A stretch of 63,281 nucleotides of DNA, taken from positions 124,001-187,281 of the forward strand of contig JABLTG010000016.1 in the NCBI GenBank assembly GCA_016618085.1. Reading direction: 5' to 3'. This stretch comes from Neovahlkampfia damariscottae. Its lineage: Eukaryota. Position 1 is the stretch's first letter. Each line of letters starts with the position of its first letter. Shown here in pieces: positions 25,903 to 38,742 of this stretch. Position numbers and translations under genes: made by a program. The notes below the pieces were generated by a model. The model was not told where the DNA came from, made no database searches, and was given only the letters and a program-made list of their open reading frames with translations.

Positions 25903-26515
25903 ATGAAAAGAAATCACATTGAAGAGTAGAATGATACTCTAAAGAACAAAAGTAAAACATAATTCAACTTTTAAAAATTTAAAAGAACTGATGAAGAAAT
26001 GATGTGTGAAATCTGTGATCAACAATAAATTTCCGAATGGAACAGGCAGCTTTGTGGCATGCCATTGAACATATCCCAAAAAAAAAATCATCACGTCAGG
26101 GTACCATACAAAACCCTTTGACTATTTTTTTTCAAAAGAAACCTGATGTTACTTTCACTTTTAATTCAGAACATATCAAAAAAGCATGGTTGTCAAATAT
26201 TTTATTGTTTTTAGCTGATTTGGATGGAATTCTTCAAGTAACAAAGAATATTTTGATCACTTTGCAGATTGTATCGCAAAGAATAAGTCATTGGAACAAT
26301 TACACATGGAAATTATGTTTTTGGATCGAATGGAAGATTTGTTGATCAAATTTGGGAGAATAAATCAATCACTAAATTAAAATTGGAAACTTACTGTTCA
26401 AAAAGAATGAATGATTTCTTGAAAAAAAATCTTGAAATAAAACAACTGCATATGAATAGATTCAAAGAAATTCACAAAATGCCACTTCAAGAAATACATT
26501 TTCACTGGATATGAT
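25903..26515 (+). pseudogene. decayed gene remnant with a possible C2H2 zinc finger
   Basis: CCAAT plus ATG followed by in-frame stops; CEIC...(frameshift)...LWHAIEH; scattered stops downstream. Confidence 0.35.
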
Positions 26516-26550
26516 CTGCCAAAAATTTACTTAAAATATCCCTTTTTCAT

Positions 26551-28689
26551 TTATTTTCTAGTTTTTGGTGGTTTGTAGGTTCTTTTTTGAATATTTCCAA
26601 CGTATTCTGTTTTATAAAAATTACTTCAATATTTGAATTTACCATATAAATTTTCCATGAAATTATTTCCATTGATCAATTTTGTTGTGACAATGACATA
26701 TTCAAAATCATCATTTCTCTTGTTTAAATATCGAAATGCACTAATTTCGGCCATTGTAATTCCACCAATGAAAAAGACTAGAATAATCTTTTTGCTTGAT
26801 TCTTAAAAAGTTAGTCAAATTAAAAGGAAGGTACTTTCAGAAGTTTGATCAATTTCTCTGAATGGACCAGGTAATAAATCAATTACATTTTTGATTGATT
26901 TCCAACCACCTTGTTTGATTGATTGCTCACATAAAACAACAGAAAGTGGTGAATAACCTGAATGAACAGCATGAATATCATTCATTGTTTGTTCTGGATC
27001 CATATCTTCTTTGACCAATTGAAGTTCTTTTTGAATGGTTGTCCAAGGAACTGAAACTGATCTTGTCCAACTTGATTCTTGTTTTTTTAACATTCCCAAT
27101 TGTTCCAAATTACGCAATGTTAATAACGCTTCATAACCATAAGTCTAAAAACAATTAGAAATTCTGATTGGATAAAAATATACTTGAACAATTTCTCTTT
27201 TGAGAAAATCATAAGTTTTCGCTTTCAATCCATTTCCAGTGATTGAAGCCAAACAAATTAGTCTTAAAACTTTCGTAATTGATTCTTGTTTGTTAATTAA
27301 TTCTTCTATAAATGGTAGATAACTTGTATCGTAATCATTAATGATCATAGATTGTTGTGCTTCAACAAATAATTTGAAATCTCTTTTTGAAATCAATTCA
27401 TTAACTTCTTGTACAATTCTCAAATGAACTTCCCAATTTTTTTTTTCTTCCACCAATCGGGGTAATTTTTTCTTGTATTCTCTGATACGTTCAGCACTAT
27501 GAAGCTCATTCTTTTCATTAATTTCACTTTCAATTTGAGTTGATTTCTTTTTAATTTGTTGACCAACATACATGAGATTTAAATCACGAATGTCACTAAA
27601 TAATGAATCACTTGAGTTTAAGACAACTTTTGGTCTTGTATCTTTTTTTGCACCTGGAACACAATCAAAAGGAGGTTGGAAACATCCATCATTAATTTCA
27701 AAAAATTCATCAATCAAACCTTCATAAGTTAATTGAACAAACTGAAAAAAAATTCAATTCATTTTTTGGATTTACCAAAGGTGAAATTAAGTCAATTTTT
27801 CTATCAAATAAGATTAAACTATCAATTTCTGGTGAATTTTCTGGGTAATTTCCTTTTCTTTTCATTCTAAGCATCATTTCTAATACATTCTAAAAATTGT
27901 TAAAAACTTAAAGTATTGTTTTTACATGAGAAGCAGGTCCCGCTGCTTTAATGTGTGGTATAATTCCAAACATTTGTTGTAGTTTCATTATGGATTTTGC
28001 TACATAATACAACGAAGATAAATCACCTTGCTAAAAAAGAAAAATTAAAAACAACTACAATTGAAAACCAAATTGCATTCTTTGAAACTTAGTGGTAGTT
28101 CCATTGATAAAACATCAAAATCAAATGGTATCAAATCCAAAGTATAAGTATTCAATCTTATATCACTATAAATACCTGAATCTTTCAGAACTTTTTCACA
28201 AATCAAAGTTCTGTTTATATTTTCAGTTTTAATATTTTTTCTTACTTTCTTGGTACTAAATAAACATAAATTGATACATCAGTTGAATATTTTTCTCTTA
28301 AGTATTTCACTTGTTTTGTAATCCAACTCATTAAAGTTAACCTTGGTCTAACAATGTACATAACATTTTTTAAATCTTTTCCTGTTGAATCTGTTGGTAG
28401 GTCAAATACTTGGTCATTCAATTTATAAAGTTTTGCCACTTGGTATTTCTTGTAAAAAAAATGAGAAATTTTTGTTTTGAATTTACATTTAAAAGTGAAG
28501 AAGCAGCGACTAAATTTAATGGACCTATTATGTGTGGATCTAAAATTAAAACTTTTTCACCTGGCATCTGTGGAAAAGTTATAAACTGAAGATTTTGTGT
28601 ACTGATTTAAAAACTTTGACAAGGTTATCAATTCCATTGTCTCTTATCACGTTAAAATTCAAAGCTGATTTTGTAAAATCAACGTTCAT
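26551..28689 (-). CDS. VPS33: Sec1/Munc18-family protein VPS33 (multi-exon)
   Basis: YIVRPRL, LIPFDFDVLSMEL, LFDRKIDLISPL, YEGLIDEFF, HSGYSPLSV, VFFIGGITMAEISAFR. Confidence 0.9.
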
Positions 28690-29057
28690 CTTTCTTCAAC
28701 CACAACACTTCTAATTTAATGAACCAATTACATTCGTTAGTAATAAAAAAAAGTAAATTCAACAACACTCAACCTACTACTGCCAATAATTAGAAATTTG
28801 GACGAAGATAAATTTGTCAGTCGTCAAAAAGATAGTTTTGAAAATGAAACAAAAGAAAAACAAGAATATTATGCAACACCACATTAATTCTTTAACAATT
28901 AAATTTGATCAAGGAAATGAATTTTCGTAATAAGAAGATGCAAGAATATTAACTCACAAAATGAATATGGAAATTTTCATAAATTAAACAAAACTTCACC
29001 AAGGTGAAAAAAAGGATGTGGAACAAATTTGAATTCCAATTCGCAATAAAAATCTCT

Positions 29058-31339
29058 TTATTTAAAATAAAATGAGACATCTTTCAATGAAACTACAGTT
29101 TTGATGGTTATTTCATTAAATTCTTTTCTTAATAATGATAAAATTTCTGAGGACTTCTTCCCTTGAAATCTTTCTTCCAAATTTTGATTCAACATTGTAA
29201 AGTTTTGCAAATATTTCAATCCTCCAATTTCAACTGGTATTTTATTCCATTTATTGTTTGAAATATACAATCTTGTTAACCAATGTAATTTTCCAATTTC
29301 AACTGGAATCTCTTCAATCAAATTATGTTCACTTAATTTATTAAAGGAGTAATTTTGATTTACCAATATAAACGATCTAATAAGTATAAATATTGAATAT
29401 CTTTTGGAATTTTATTGACTCGATTGTATTCAAAATGAAGAACTTTCATTTTTGACAAATGCATTAATGGTGAAATATCCTTGATCAAATTTCTTGAACA
29501 TGAGAATATTTCTAAGTTTATTAAGTGTTTCATTTCATTAGGTAAATATGTTAATTGATTTTTTTGACAATAAAATGATTTCAAGTTGGTTAATTTACCA
29601 ATAGAAGATGGAATTTCTTTGATTGAATTGAAACTAATGTTCAATGACTCTAAATTGGATAATTCAGATAAACTATCCGGCAATTCTTCAATTTCATTTT
29701 CTATAAATACAAGAATCTTCAGTTTCTTCAATATATTGATTTCTTTGCTCATTAAGGTTGTTTTGCAATTTTTCATGTACAATTCTTGAAGATTCGTCAA
29801 ATTTAAAATTTGTTTTGGGAATTCTTTGAATATATTGAAATTAACTCTTAGTATTTTGAGTTTAGTACATTTCTCAATTCCCTTTAAATTTGTCAATTTG
29901 TTCATTGAAATATTCAAAATTTCAATTGTTTCAATTCCTTCGGGAAATAAAGTTAATTTGTTCTTCCATAATTCACCACATTTTAGTTTTGGTAAATTTA
30001 ACTTTTGAATTTTCTTCAGTTGACAATTCTTCATCTGTAAGATTTCTAAATTCTTTAAAGAAACATTTGACAATTTTTCAATTGGGTTTTGAGATAAGTC
30101 TAATTCTATCAATGTATCAATTCTATTTAATACTGTAGGATATTCTGTCAAATTATTTTGTGACAAATTCAAATGCTTTAAACATTCAAAATTTAACCTT
30201 TTTGGAAAGAGTTTTGTGGTAATCTTGTTGTGTTTTAAATCTAAATTCTTGATATTTGTTATTTGTAAAATATTGTTGGGTATTGTTTTGAGGTCTTCAT
30301 CCACCAATTGAATGGTTTTCGTGTCAATTTGACTGAAGAAATATAAATTGGAGTTTTCAACAAAACATGATGCATGAAGTAAATTTCCATTTGAAAAAAA
30401 GAAAGACGGATCAAAATCTGAAATTGTTGATTCAAATGGGGAACTATTCCAAATAGATTTCTTTCCTAATTTGATGTCTAAAATTGAAGTATAGAAAATT
30501 TTTTCCTTATTATCTTCTAGTTTTGTCAAACCACCATAAATAAAGTAGTAGTTGTCTGATATGAAATTTAAATGTCCATACCTTGGATTTAAATCATTTT
30601 CAAAAACAATTTCTTCCCATTCCATTTCCACTAAATTGAGTCTCCAAAAATCTGAATAGATTACATCATTATCTTCTGGTGATTTACCACCATGAATATA
30701 AAGGTAATTTTCGTGAACCTATTTTAAATTTAGTTAAATAATTTTCTTACAATACTTGTGTGAAAAATTCTTGGATTTGGTTGTTTGTTTGTTTTCAAAA
30801 TTGACCATTGTTCCAATTCAAAATCATACATATTTGTATCTTCACACATACCGAATACTATCAATTTGTCCTTTTGATCTTTTGTTTTTATAACATTTGA
30901 AGTATGACCAAAAATTGAATAATTGAATGTATCAAGTTTTGTCCAAACCAAAGTCTCTTTGAGATGTCAGTTTTTGAAAAAAATATTTACCTAAATCAAG
31001 TTTACAAAAATCTTTCATTATAGTTTTTTTCAGTGCCCTTCCACCAAGGATGTAAAGTGAATTTTTATAGAGAAAAGATGATTGAAATTTTCTCGGTGCA
31101 GGAACATCCATCGTTTTAATTTCAACCCATTTTTTTGATATTTCTTTTAAATAAACTCTTCCTTCTGCATAGACATAAAAATTATTAATTTGGTTTTTCA
31201 CATTTCTTTGTTCGTTAATTGAATAACCAAAAATGTCTTCTTTTTCAAAAATACAATCTTCATCATTCATTTCTATTATTCTAAAAAGAGAAGAAAAATT
31301 TTCCACAACTGATTTGTTTTTGGTGGTGATTTCAGACAT
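29058..31339 (-). CDS. Kelch-repeat + leucine-rich-repeat protein (multi-exon)
   Basis: Kelch units (PRKFQS..ILGG, PRIFH..IHGG, PRYGH..IYGG) spliced in frame to many LxxLxLxxN repeats. Confidence 0.8.
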
Positions 31340-31409
31340 GAACTTTGAATGAGTTCACCAATGAAAACAATGTAATATTTGTTGTCAACAGTTCCATACA
31401 ATTTATTTT

Positions 31410-32649
31410 TTAAATTAATTTAGATTCTTCAGTATCAATAAGTACTTTTGATTCTTCAAGAATTGAATCATCTGAATCCTCTTCATCAGAAAATCCATGA
31501 ACTGTGGAGTTACTTCTAACAATTTTGTTCTTTGCTTTCGCATATTTCTCTTTTTGTGGAATCAAATATTGAATTGCAATATCACAAATAAAAGTTGCAA
31601 CGACCATCATGGCCAGTCCAGCTGATAATTGTAAAATTATTGATGTTATACTAAAACTATATCCTTCACCGACAGAATCAAAGAAAATCCGAACTCCATA
31701 CATTTTGGTAATATCTCTTAAATATTTAGAATGTCTATTTGAAACTCTAAAATTGATACCATCATTGATTTTAGAATTATCCATTCTTTCAGTTTCATAA
31801 TTAATTCTACATGCTTTTGTGTGATCCCAAGAATCAAGATTACAACTCCATTGAATAAAAACTCTTAAAATAGCACCTCTTTCTTTAATTTTATCAAATG
31901 TTGTGTTAAAATCATTTGTAAACGATAGTAATTGACTCAATGGAAATAAATTTCCTTTTACTGGATCTGTGGCTCTTGGAATTGGAACAGATTGATGAAT
32001 TGTAGAAAACACAACTCCAGGTTTTAATTCATGAAAATTAATTGATGACTTGACCCAAATAGTAAAATCCTTGACATCATCCCAAATAATAGTTTCAGTG
32101 ACATTGTTTGGTTGAAATCTTTCATTTTCTTCTGGACACCATTGTTTGAATTTACATATAGAATCTTCACATTTGTGTCTAAGCTTGGTTGAATTAAATC
32201 CATTATCAACACATTCATCATCCTTGGAACATGTTTTAATCTTTGGATGTGGACACCAATCTAATTTTTGATTTCTGGTTGTTGAAAATCTGGTTGCTAA
32301 AAATAATGCATTTGGTTCAGATGCTGGGTGCGTTAAATCTGCTGAAGTTGCAAACTTAGGTGTTAAAAGTTAATTATATTTTTCATTTTACTTTTTCTTC
32401 ACCCCATTTGTTGAAACCAAAGGAGTTACCAGCAATTTTAGCAGCTGCAATACCTACTGATTTTTCTTTGACCAAATAATTTTCATTATAAATTATGGCA
32501 ATTCCAACAACGTAACCAAAAATAAAAATTTGTAAAAATCTATGTAACAAACCAATTCTCCAGTCTTGTATCTGAACAATCTTCACTGTAGAATAAGAGA
32601 ATATTGAGTTTGGACTCAATAAACTTTTTGTTGTTTTCCAACAACCCAT
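31410..32649 (-). CDS. P2RX: P2X purinergic receptor-like ligand-gated ion channel (intron 32355-32391)
   Basis: YSTVK motif, TM1, Cys-rich head (WCP...C...C...C...C..QWCPEE), WSCNLD, GINFR, KMYGVR, TM2 ending ATFICD, YAKAK (YxxxK). Confidence 0.92.
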
Positions 32650-32780
32650 TGCTTTTTAATTTCCAAAACAAACCAATTAAAATTTACTACAACAAATAGT
32701 TATTATTTAAGACTTGTTGTGAATTTCATTGAAAAAAATCAATTTATAATTTTAAAAAAATAGTGGTCGTTCATTGGACA

Positions 32781-33827
32781 ATGATGAAAAAAACTGTTCT
32801 TGTTGTAAGTGTGATTCTTCTGCTTTTTGTTTATGGAGGACTGCATATTTTTTCTTCAAAAATTATACATCCGCCTTGGTATAAACATTTTCCAGGTCAA
32901 AAACTTCAAGAAATTCATAAAACATCATCACGTTTTGAAATTTTAAAAGGAATTGTTACAGATCCAAAAATTGACCATAATATAGAATATGAGGATATTT
33001 TTATGGATTCTTTTCAAAATGATAAATCAATTATGCTCCATGGTTGGTATATTAAATCAAAAAAACCTCAGAAAGAAAAAGTCGGAGTTATATTTGCTCA
33101 TGGAGCAGGTAATGATCGAAGACATTATTTAAGACATTTGGAATTATATCATGAAGAAAATTTTGAATGTTTACTATTTGATTTCAATGCACATGGATCA
33201 TCAGGTGGAGATTCATTAGGTGTTTCATATGGTTTACGAGAGCATGTGGATATTTTGAACGTTGTTAAATTTGCAAAAACTAAATTAGGTTGGAATAAAG
33301 TAATTCTATCAGGAAATTCTGTTGGTGCTGCTGCAGTTATCATTGCAGCTGCTTTAGATCAAAAATCGATTGATATTGTAATTGCTGAAAATCCATTCAG
33401 TGATGTATTTGATTTATGGATGTATGCTATAAATAGATTATTAGGAAATGAAGATTTTGGAAAGTCTTCCACTGAATCTTTTGGATACGCAACTATGTTT
33501 TTGACAAAAATTTCAAAAATTATTCCCAAAGCATTGATCAATTCATTTTTAAATTTTACTTACTGGAGGATTGCTGGGACAAAGGAGTATCATGAATGGT
33601 CGCCAAAAGCATTGGTATCAAATATTTCCCAACCAATAATGTTTTTACATGGAAAACGAGATACTGTTATTCCGTATGAGCATTCTGAAGAATTGTATAA
33701 ATTAGCAAGTGAACCAAAAAAACTTTGGACATGCGAATTTTCTGGGCATGGACAAATTTACAATGGAGGCAAAGAAAGATATCGTGAAAATGTCATCAAT
33801 CAGTTTATCAACAAATATTTAAAATAA
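32781..33827 (+). CDS. alpha/beta hydrolase with N-terminal anchor, intronless
   Basis: LHGWY, FAHG, GNSVG nucleophile elbow, HGKRDTVIP, catalytic GH. Confidence 0.88.
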   Translation: MMKKTVLVVSVILLLFVYGGLHIFSSKIIHPPWYKHFPGQKLQEIHKTSSRFEILKGIVTDPKIDHNIEYEDIFMDSFQNDKSIMLHGWYIKSKKPQKEKVGVIFAHGAGNDRRHYLRHLELYHEENFECLLFDFNAHGSSGGDSLGVSYGLREHVDILNVVKFAKTKLGWNKVILSGNSVGAAAVIIAAALDQKSIDIVIAENPFSDVFDLWMYAINRLLGNEDFGKSSTESFGYATMFLTKISKIIPKALINSFLNFTYWRIAGTKEYHEWSPKALVSNISQPIMFLHGKRDTVIPYEHSEELYKLASEPKKLWTCEFSGHGQIYNGGKERYRENVINQFINKYLK

Positions 33828-33864
33828 ACTCTTTGTTGGTTTTTTATTGGTTAACGAGTTCTCT

Positions 33865-34953
33865 ATGAAAAACGAGTTGCAACTTCCGAAATACTGCAGA
33901 GAGGCTTTGCCAAAAAAATATATTCATCTCTTTGATGCCATGAAAACGAGGAAAAAAAAAGAGATTTTTCAAATGCTTCAACAAATCACACAAAAAGAAA
34001 AAAAAAATGAAAAAATAAAAATTGCATATGAAAGTAAAATTTACATACCAAAATACAATACATTTGAAAAATCTGAAAATTTTGATTATCACGTTGAAGC
34101 TGGTGATGAAAAATTTGAAAGAGCAAATAAAATTGTAAACATCATGAGAAGTAGAGGATTGAACACTGAATTTTGTTTACATTATGAAGAGGTTGAAAAA
34201 TTTTTCAATGAAAATCCAGAATACAATCAAATAGGATTATATAATTATTCCAACTTACAGAATTGGAATGATGATGAAATATCGGATATTTTAACACAAT
34301 TATGTGGTGAAGAGGAGAATTTACTTTTGGTCTATGATAATTTATTCAAAGAAATAGAATATCAAATTAATTTAAAAAAAGGTTTCAAAGAAAAAGCAAT
34401 AGAGGAAGATGAGGATATATCAAATTTTCAAAATGAATATTTAATCTATTTGAAATCTATTGAACATTTTTTGTCATCAACAAATGAAAAAAGATTCATG
34501 TATATATTGAAACCTTGTAGAATACACCAAATATCATTTGAGTGGATAGGATATCTATCAGAAATCTATTTTATTCCTTGGAAAAATTATGAAAGTTTTG
34601 AAGAATTTAGTCAAACAAAATATCCTTGGGAAGTAATTTCCAAAGGACACAATGAAGAAAAAAGAGTCATTAATCGAAAATTATGGAATAATAAAAGAGA
34701 ATTAAAGAAGAAAGGAATCAAATTAATGAAGAATGACAATGAACTTGTGAAAATGGAAATTGAAGAATTGGAATTAATCCTTGGAAAAAAACAAAATTTC
34801 TATGAATTAGAAAAGACCAAATATTCATTAAATACAAATGAAAGAGAAGAAAAGCAAAAAGAGATTTTTCATCTACTCGAAAAGTATTCTAAAGAAAAAG
34901 AAAAAAAAAATCAAATTTTTGACTTTTGCAATAAACTTTCAAAGGTATTATAA
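33865..34953 (+). CDS. hypothetical protein
   Basis: ~360-aa open frame; ATTGG 14 nt before the ATG. Confidence 0.65.
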   Translation: MKNELQLPKYCREALPKKYIHLFDAMKTRKKKEIFQMLQQITQKEKKNEKIKIAYESKIYIPKYNTFEKSENFDYHVEAGDEKFERANKIVNIMRSRGLNTEFCLHYEEVEKFFNENPEYNQIGLYNYSNLQNWNDDEISDILTQLCGEEENLLLVYDNLFKEIEYQINLKKGFKEKAIEEDEDISNFQNEYLIYLKSIEHFLSSTNEKRFMYILKPCRIHQISFEWIGYLSEIYFIPWKNYESFEEFSQTKYPWEVISKGHNEEKRVINRKLWNNKRELKKKGIKLMKNDNELVKMEIEELELILGKKQNFYELEKTKYSLNTNEREEKQKEIFHLLEKYSKEKEKKNQIFDFCNKLSKVL

Positions 34954-36059
34954 AATTTCATCCAATATTTCAGGTATTTGATCCCCACTTGATTTCTTTT
35001 TCTTTTTATTTGTCTCAATTTTTGGACTTCTCATTCTTTTCCTGCTTGGAGTTTGCACCATTGGTTCATCTGTTAATTCAACAATCTCAGGTGTTAATGA
35101 AACTTTTGAGTTTTTTTTCACTTCCACAAATTCTGAAATTTCTTGAATTCTTTCTCCTGGAATTTCTTCAACACTTCTTAGACTACTTTTTTGTGATTGA
35201 GTTAATTGTTTGTTTGGTGTAATTTGAGTTAATGGTTGTGAATTATCAATGTCAAAATCATCATTATCTTGTTGTATATTCTCTTCTTTTTTCGTAAAAT
35301 TTGAATGATGAGACTCTGTTTCTTCTTCTTCTGTGTCTGAAATTTCCAATACTTCATGTTGATTTGTTAGTTGCTCTAAAAATGAATCTTCCAATAATTT
35401 GATTGAATCCCAATTATTGAGTATAATTAATTGATATTTATTTGGAAATCCTTTGACAATCCATTCTACTCTGTTACATAATACTTTTTCTAATTTGTAC
35501 AAATAAATTTTGTTTTCTGCTAAAAAATTTGCTTCAGTTAATTCATTGGCAATTCCTTGGTTTATTTCTGTATAATTTTGTAAATTCATTAAAATGTATT
35601 CAAATTTCTTTATACATTCTTCATATTCAGATATCAAACTTCGAATAGTGTTTCTTTGCTCAAATCCAGAAGATTCTTAAAATTGAATTAATCATAACTA
35701 AATTTACTTATACAACTATATACACATCTATTTTCTGACTGTAAAAGAAATAATTTCATTTTTGCATTTTCTTCATTAAAAATCTTCAAATGTATTTGAT
35801 AAGAAACAAATGATAATAGCAATGTAGGCCATAATTTTTTCATCTTGTTTGAAAATATTAAACAATCAGCTATTGCTTTTGCTTCTTTGTATTTACGAAC
35901 CAGTTTCAAAACGTTGTTCAAAGGAAAAGTTTCATATCTACAAACTTCTGAAATACTTTTATGTTGTATTTCATCTATATTCTCTTTTTGGGGTAATAAC
36001 AACTTTCCTTTGGAATCAAAACGTTTATTCCTCACACTAATCTTTGAGACGATGTTCAT
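34948..36059 (-). CDS. hypothetical protein with an acidic, NLS-containing tail (1 intron)
   Basis: Two adjacent minus-strand ORFs joinable by a mini-intron near 35680-35710. Confidence 0.6.
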
Positions 36060-36113
36060 TGTTATTCACGAACAATTTTTGTTTGGATAAACAACCAATA
36101 GAATTGATACAGG

Positions 36114-38742
36114 ATGAAAAATTTTTTTGTGAAGAGGAAAATAAATTTGAAGAGGTATTCAAAGAATCTATGGAAAAATAAAACATGGATGAATGTGTAT
36201 GAACCACCTGAAATTAAAGGAAGAAAAACGTTATTGAGTTTTAACCCATTTTTGAATTGTTATACTTCCTTTATGTTGCCAATACTATCAAATTTTATGA
36301 TGAATAAGTATTTTAAAAAACATTAAAATTTTAGTGAGGAATTAAAAAACGTTAGTTTGGTTGCTGTTCAAAATGCATCGATAAAAAATAAAGAAGAGGA
36401 AATTGCTTACAAATTTAAATTAAGACAAGATATTTTAAGACATGATTTTGCTAAACCTGTTCTCATTGATGACAAAAATGAGGTTTATAATTTAAAGTCC
36501 AACTAATGTTTTTTTAGATTTTTTCAGAGTACACAATGAACAATGAAAAATCTCTTCAATTTGTCCTTTTAAATAGTTCAGGTGAAATTATATCAAAATA
36601 TGATTCTTTGAATAAATTAAAGTCTCAAATCATTTCAGGTAAAGAATTTAAAATAATATTTAACTTTATAGACGTTTCACATAATTTGGACTCATCAGAT
36701 GATTTACAAGACTGGCAATTTGCTAGAAAACCTATTGAAAGATTGTATCAACCACACTCCGTTTTATTTTTTCCGACTTTTTGTGATACAAATCAAACTT
36801 CAATATTTGTTTCTGATACACATCACAATCGAATAATACAAATGGATGAAAATGGAAGTATTATAGATTACATGGGTCATGGTCAATATGGTAATGATAA
36901 TGGTGATTTTGATGAGGCCAAATTTGCAAGACCTCATGGTGTTTTTTTTGACAAAATTTCTAACTCTTTATTCGTTGCTGATACAAATGTAATGTCGTTT
37001 TTTTTATTAACTATTTAGAATAATATGATAAGGAAAGTAGACTTGAAAGAAAGAATTGTCTCAAATTTATTGGAACCAGAAAAATATCCAATTGAATTTG
37101 AATTTGCAAATGATCCAAAACCAAAGCTAAGCATGGTACAAAAATTAGAAAAAGCAGGTTATCTTGCATCCGAATATATAGATTTTGTCGAGTTAAAAGC
37201 CCAGATGGATACAGAAAAAATTTTTCAACAAGAACTTCCAAAAGGAAATCCAATGTATTTTCTTTCCACCTCTAAACATCTTCAAAATCCATATGATTTA
37301 TTTTTTGAAGAAAATACAAATTCCTTATACGTAGTCGAAGAGGCATATCAACATATTTGGAAGATACCAATGGATACAGGAATCGTTGAAGATGTTCTTC
37401 CAATTGTATTGACTCAACAAAAACAATTTCAACTTTTCAAAGAGAAGGTGCATCCAAATTCAATAGAATTTCAAAAAGAGATTCCAAACATGAAAATTGA
37501 ATGGGAATACTTAAAAATGAGAGAAAAAACTTCCTTCTTTCAAGTCAATAATGAGATTAAACATTATATCAACTTAGAATCAAAAATAATATCTGGAAAT
37601 CAAAGTGCAGGATTTAAAGATGGAAAAAATGCAATGTTTGGAAAACCAGTTGATTCTGTATTGTTGAATAATTCATTATTCATACCAGACACAAGTAAAT
37701 TCTTTTCAAATTCTAAATTGTAGATAATCATGTCATTCGTAAATTGAATCTGGACAATTTTGAAACATCCACTTTGCAATTTCAAAATTTGAATAAATTA
37801 GGATTTCAAGCAATGGAGTACAGACCTCATTTACAAGAAGATGGTGTTTGTGTTGACAATTACTTCTACAGGGGAAATGGAAGAATTGTTGAACCAACTA
37901 CATTATTCATTGGAAATGGACATGGATTGATTGAATTATACATTGATCCACCAGAAGGATATGAATTTGCGGAACCTATTAAAGTTATTTCAACCAATTC
38001 AAGTGATCCAATACTTGGATATCGAGAAAATCCAGAGTTATTTGAACCAGAAGATATTCTTGATGATGTTGATGAAGAAGAATTCATAAAAGGTGACAGT
38101 AAATCAGATCCAATATTTTGGAAAGATTATCTTGTATCAAAAAGATTATATCATGAATTACCTGATTTATCCGGTTCTTATCCTATCAATCTACCAATTG
38201 GAACCATCAATGGATTTGGTTGTATTCTTGTTGATGTTGTTTGTTTTTTGAAATTAAAAGATGACAATTCAAACAATTCAACATGGGAAAATGGTCCTTA
38301 TGAACCAAATTTACCTTTTGCTTTGAAACCAAATACAGAATTACTTCCTTTGAATCTTCAAACATCTCATACTTACTTGTACGGAAAAAGAGATTTGACA
38401 CCTGCTATCATGACAAATGATGAATCTATTCAAGCTTTTGAAGATTTAAGAACAAAATTAAAATGGAATCAACAGACATCTTCATCAAATCCTTTTCCAA
38501 AACAAAAATATTTCAAACCAAATTCAAAAGTGATTATCGTTGATCCAATTCAAATAATTTTGAATGTTAATATTCAAGATGATTTTCCATTGAAAACTTC
38601 AATCAAATTAAAATCACATGCAGGTCCTCCAACAACAGCCCCTCATCAATTTCGAAGACAATTTATACCATGTCAAGAATCATTTCAAAAAGATAATTGG
38701 AAAGAAGGATATTTTGATATAGAAGAATATGTAAATATTTAG
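36114..38742 (+). CDS. NHL-repeat protein with a degenerate thioredoxin-like N-domain (NHLRC2-like), multi-exon
   Basis: WMN..P..KGR; IFVSDTHHNRII; DGDFDEAKFARPHG; LFVADTNN; AGFKDG..AMFGKP..LFIPDT. Confidence 0.75.

Noticed and set aside
28774..28781. CTACTACT resembling the mini-Polinton end
   Set aside because: No matching TIR body, partner end or TSD.
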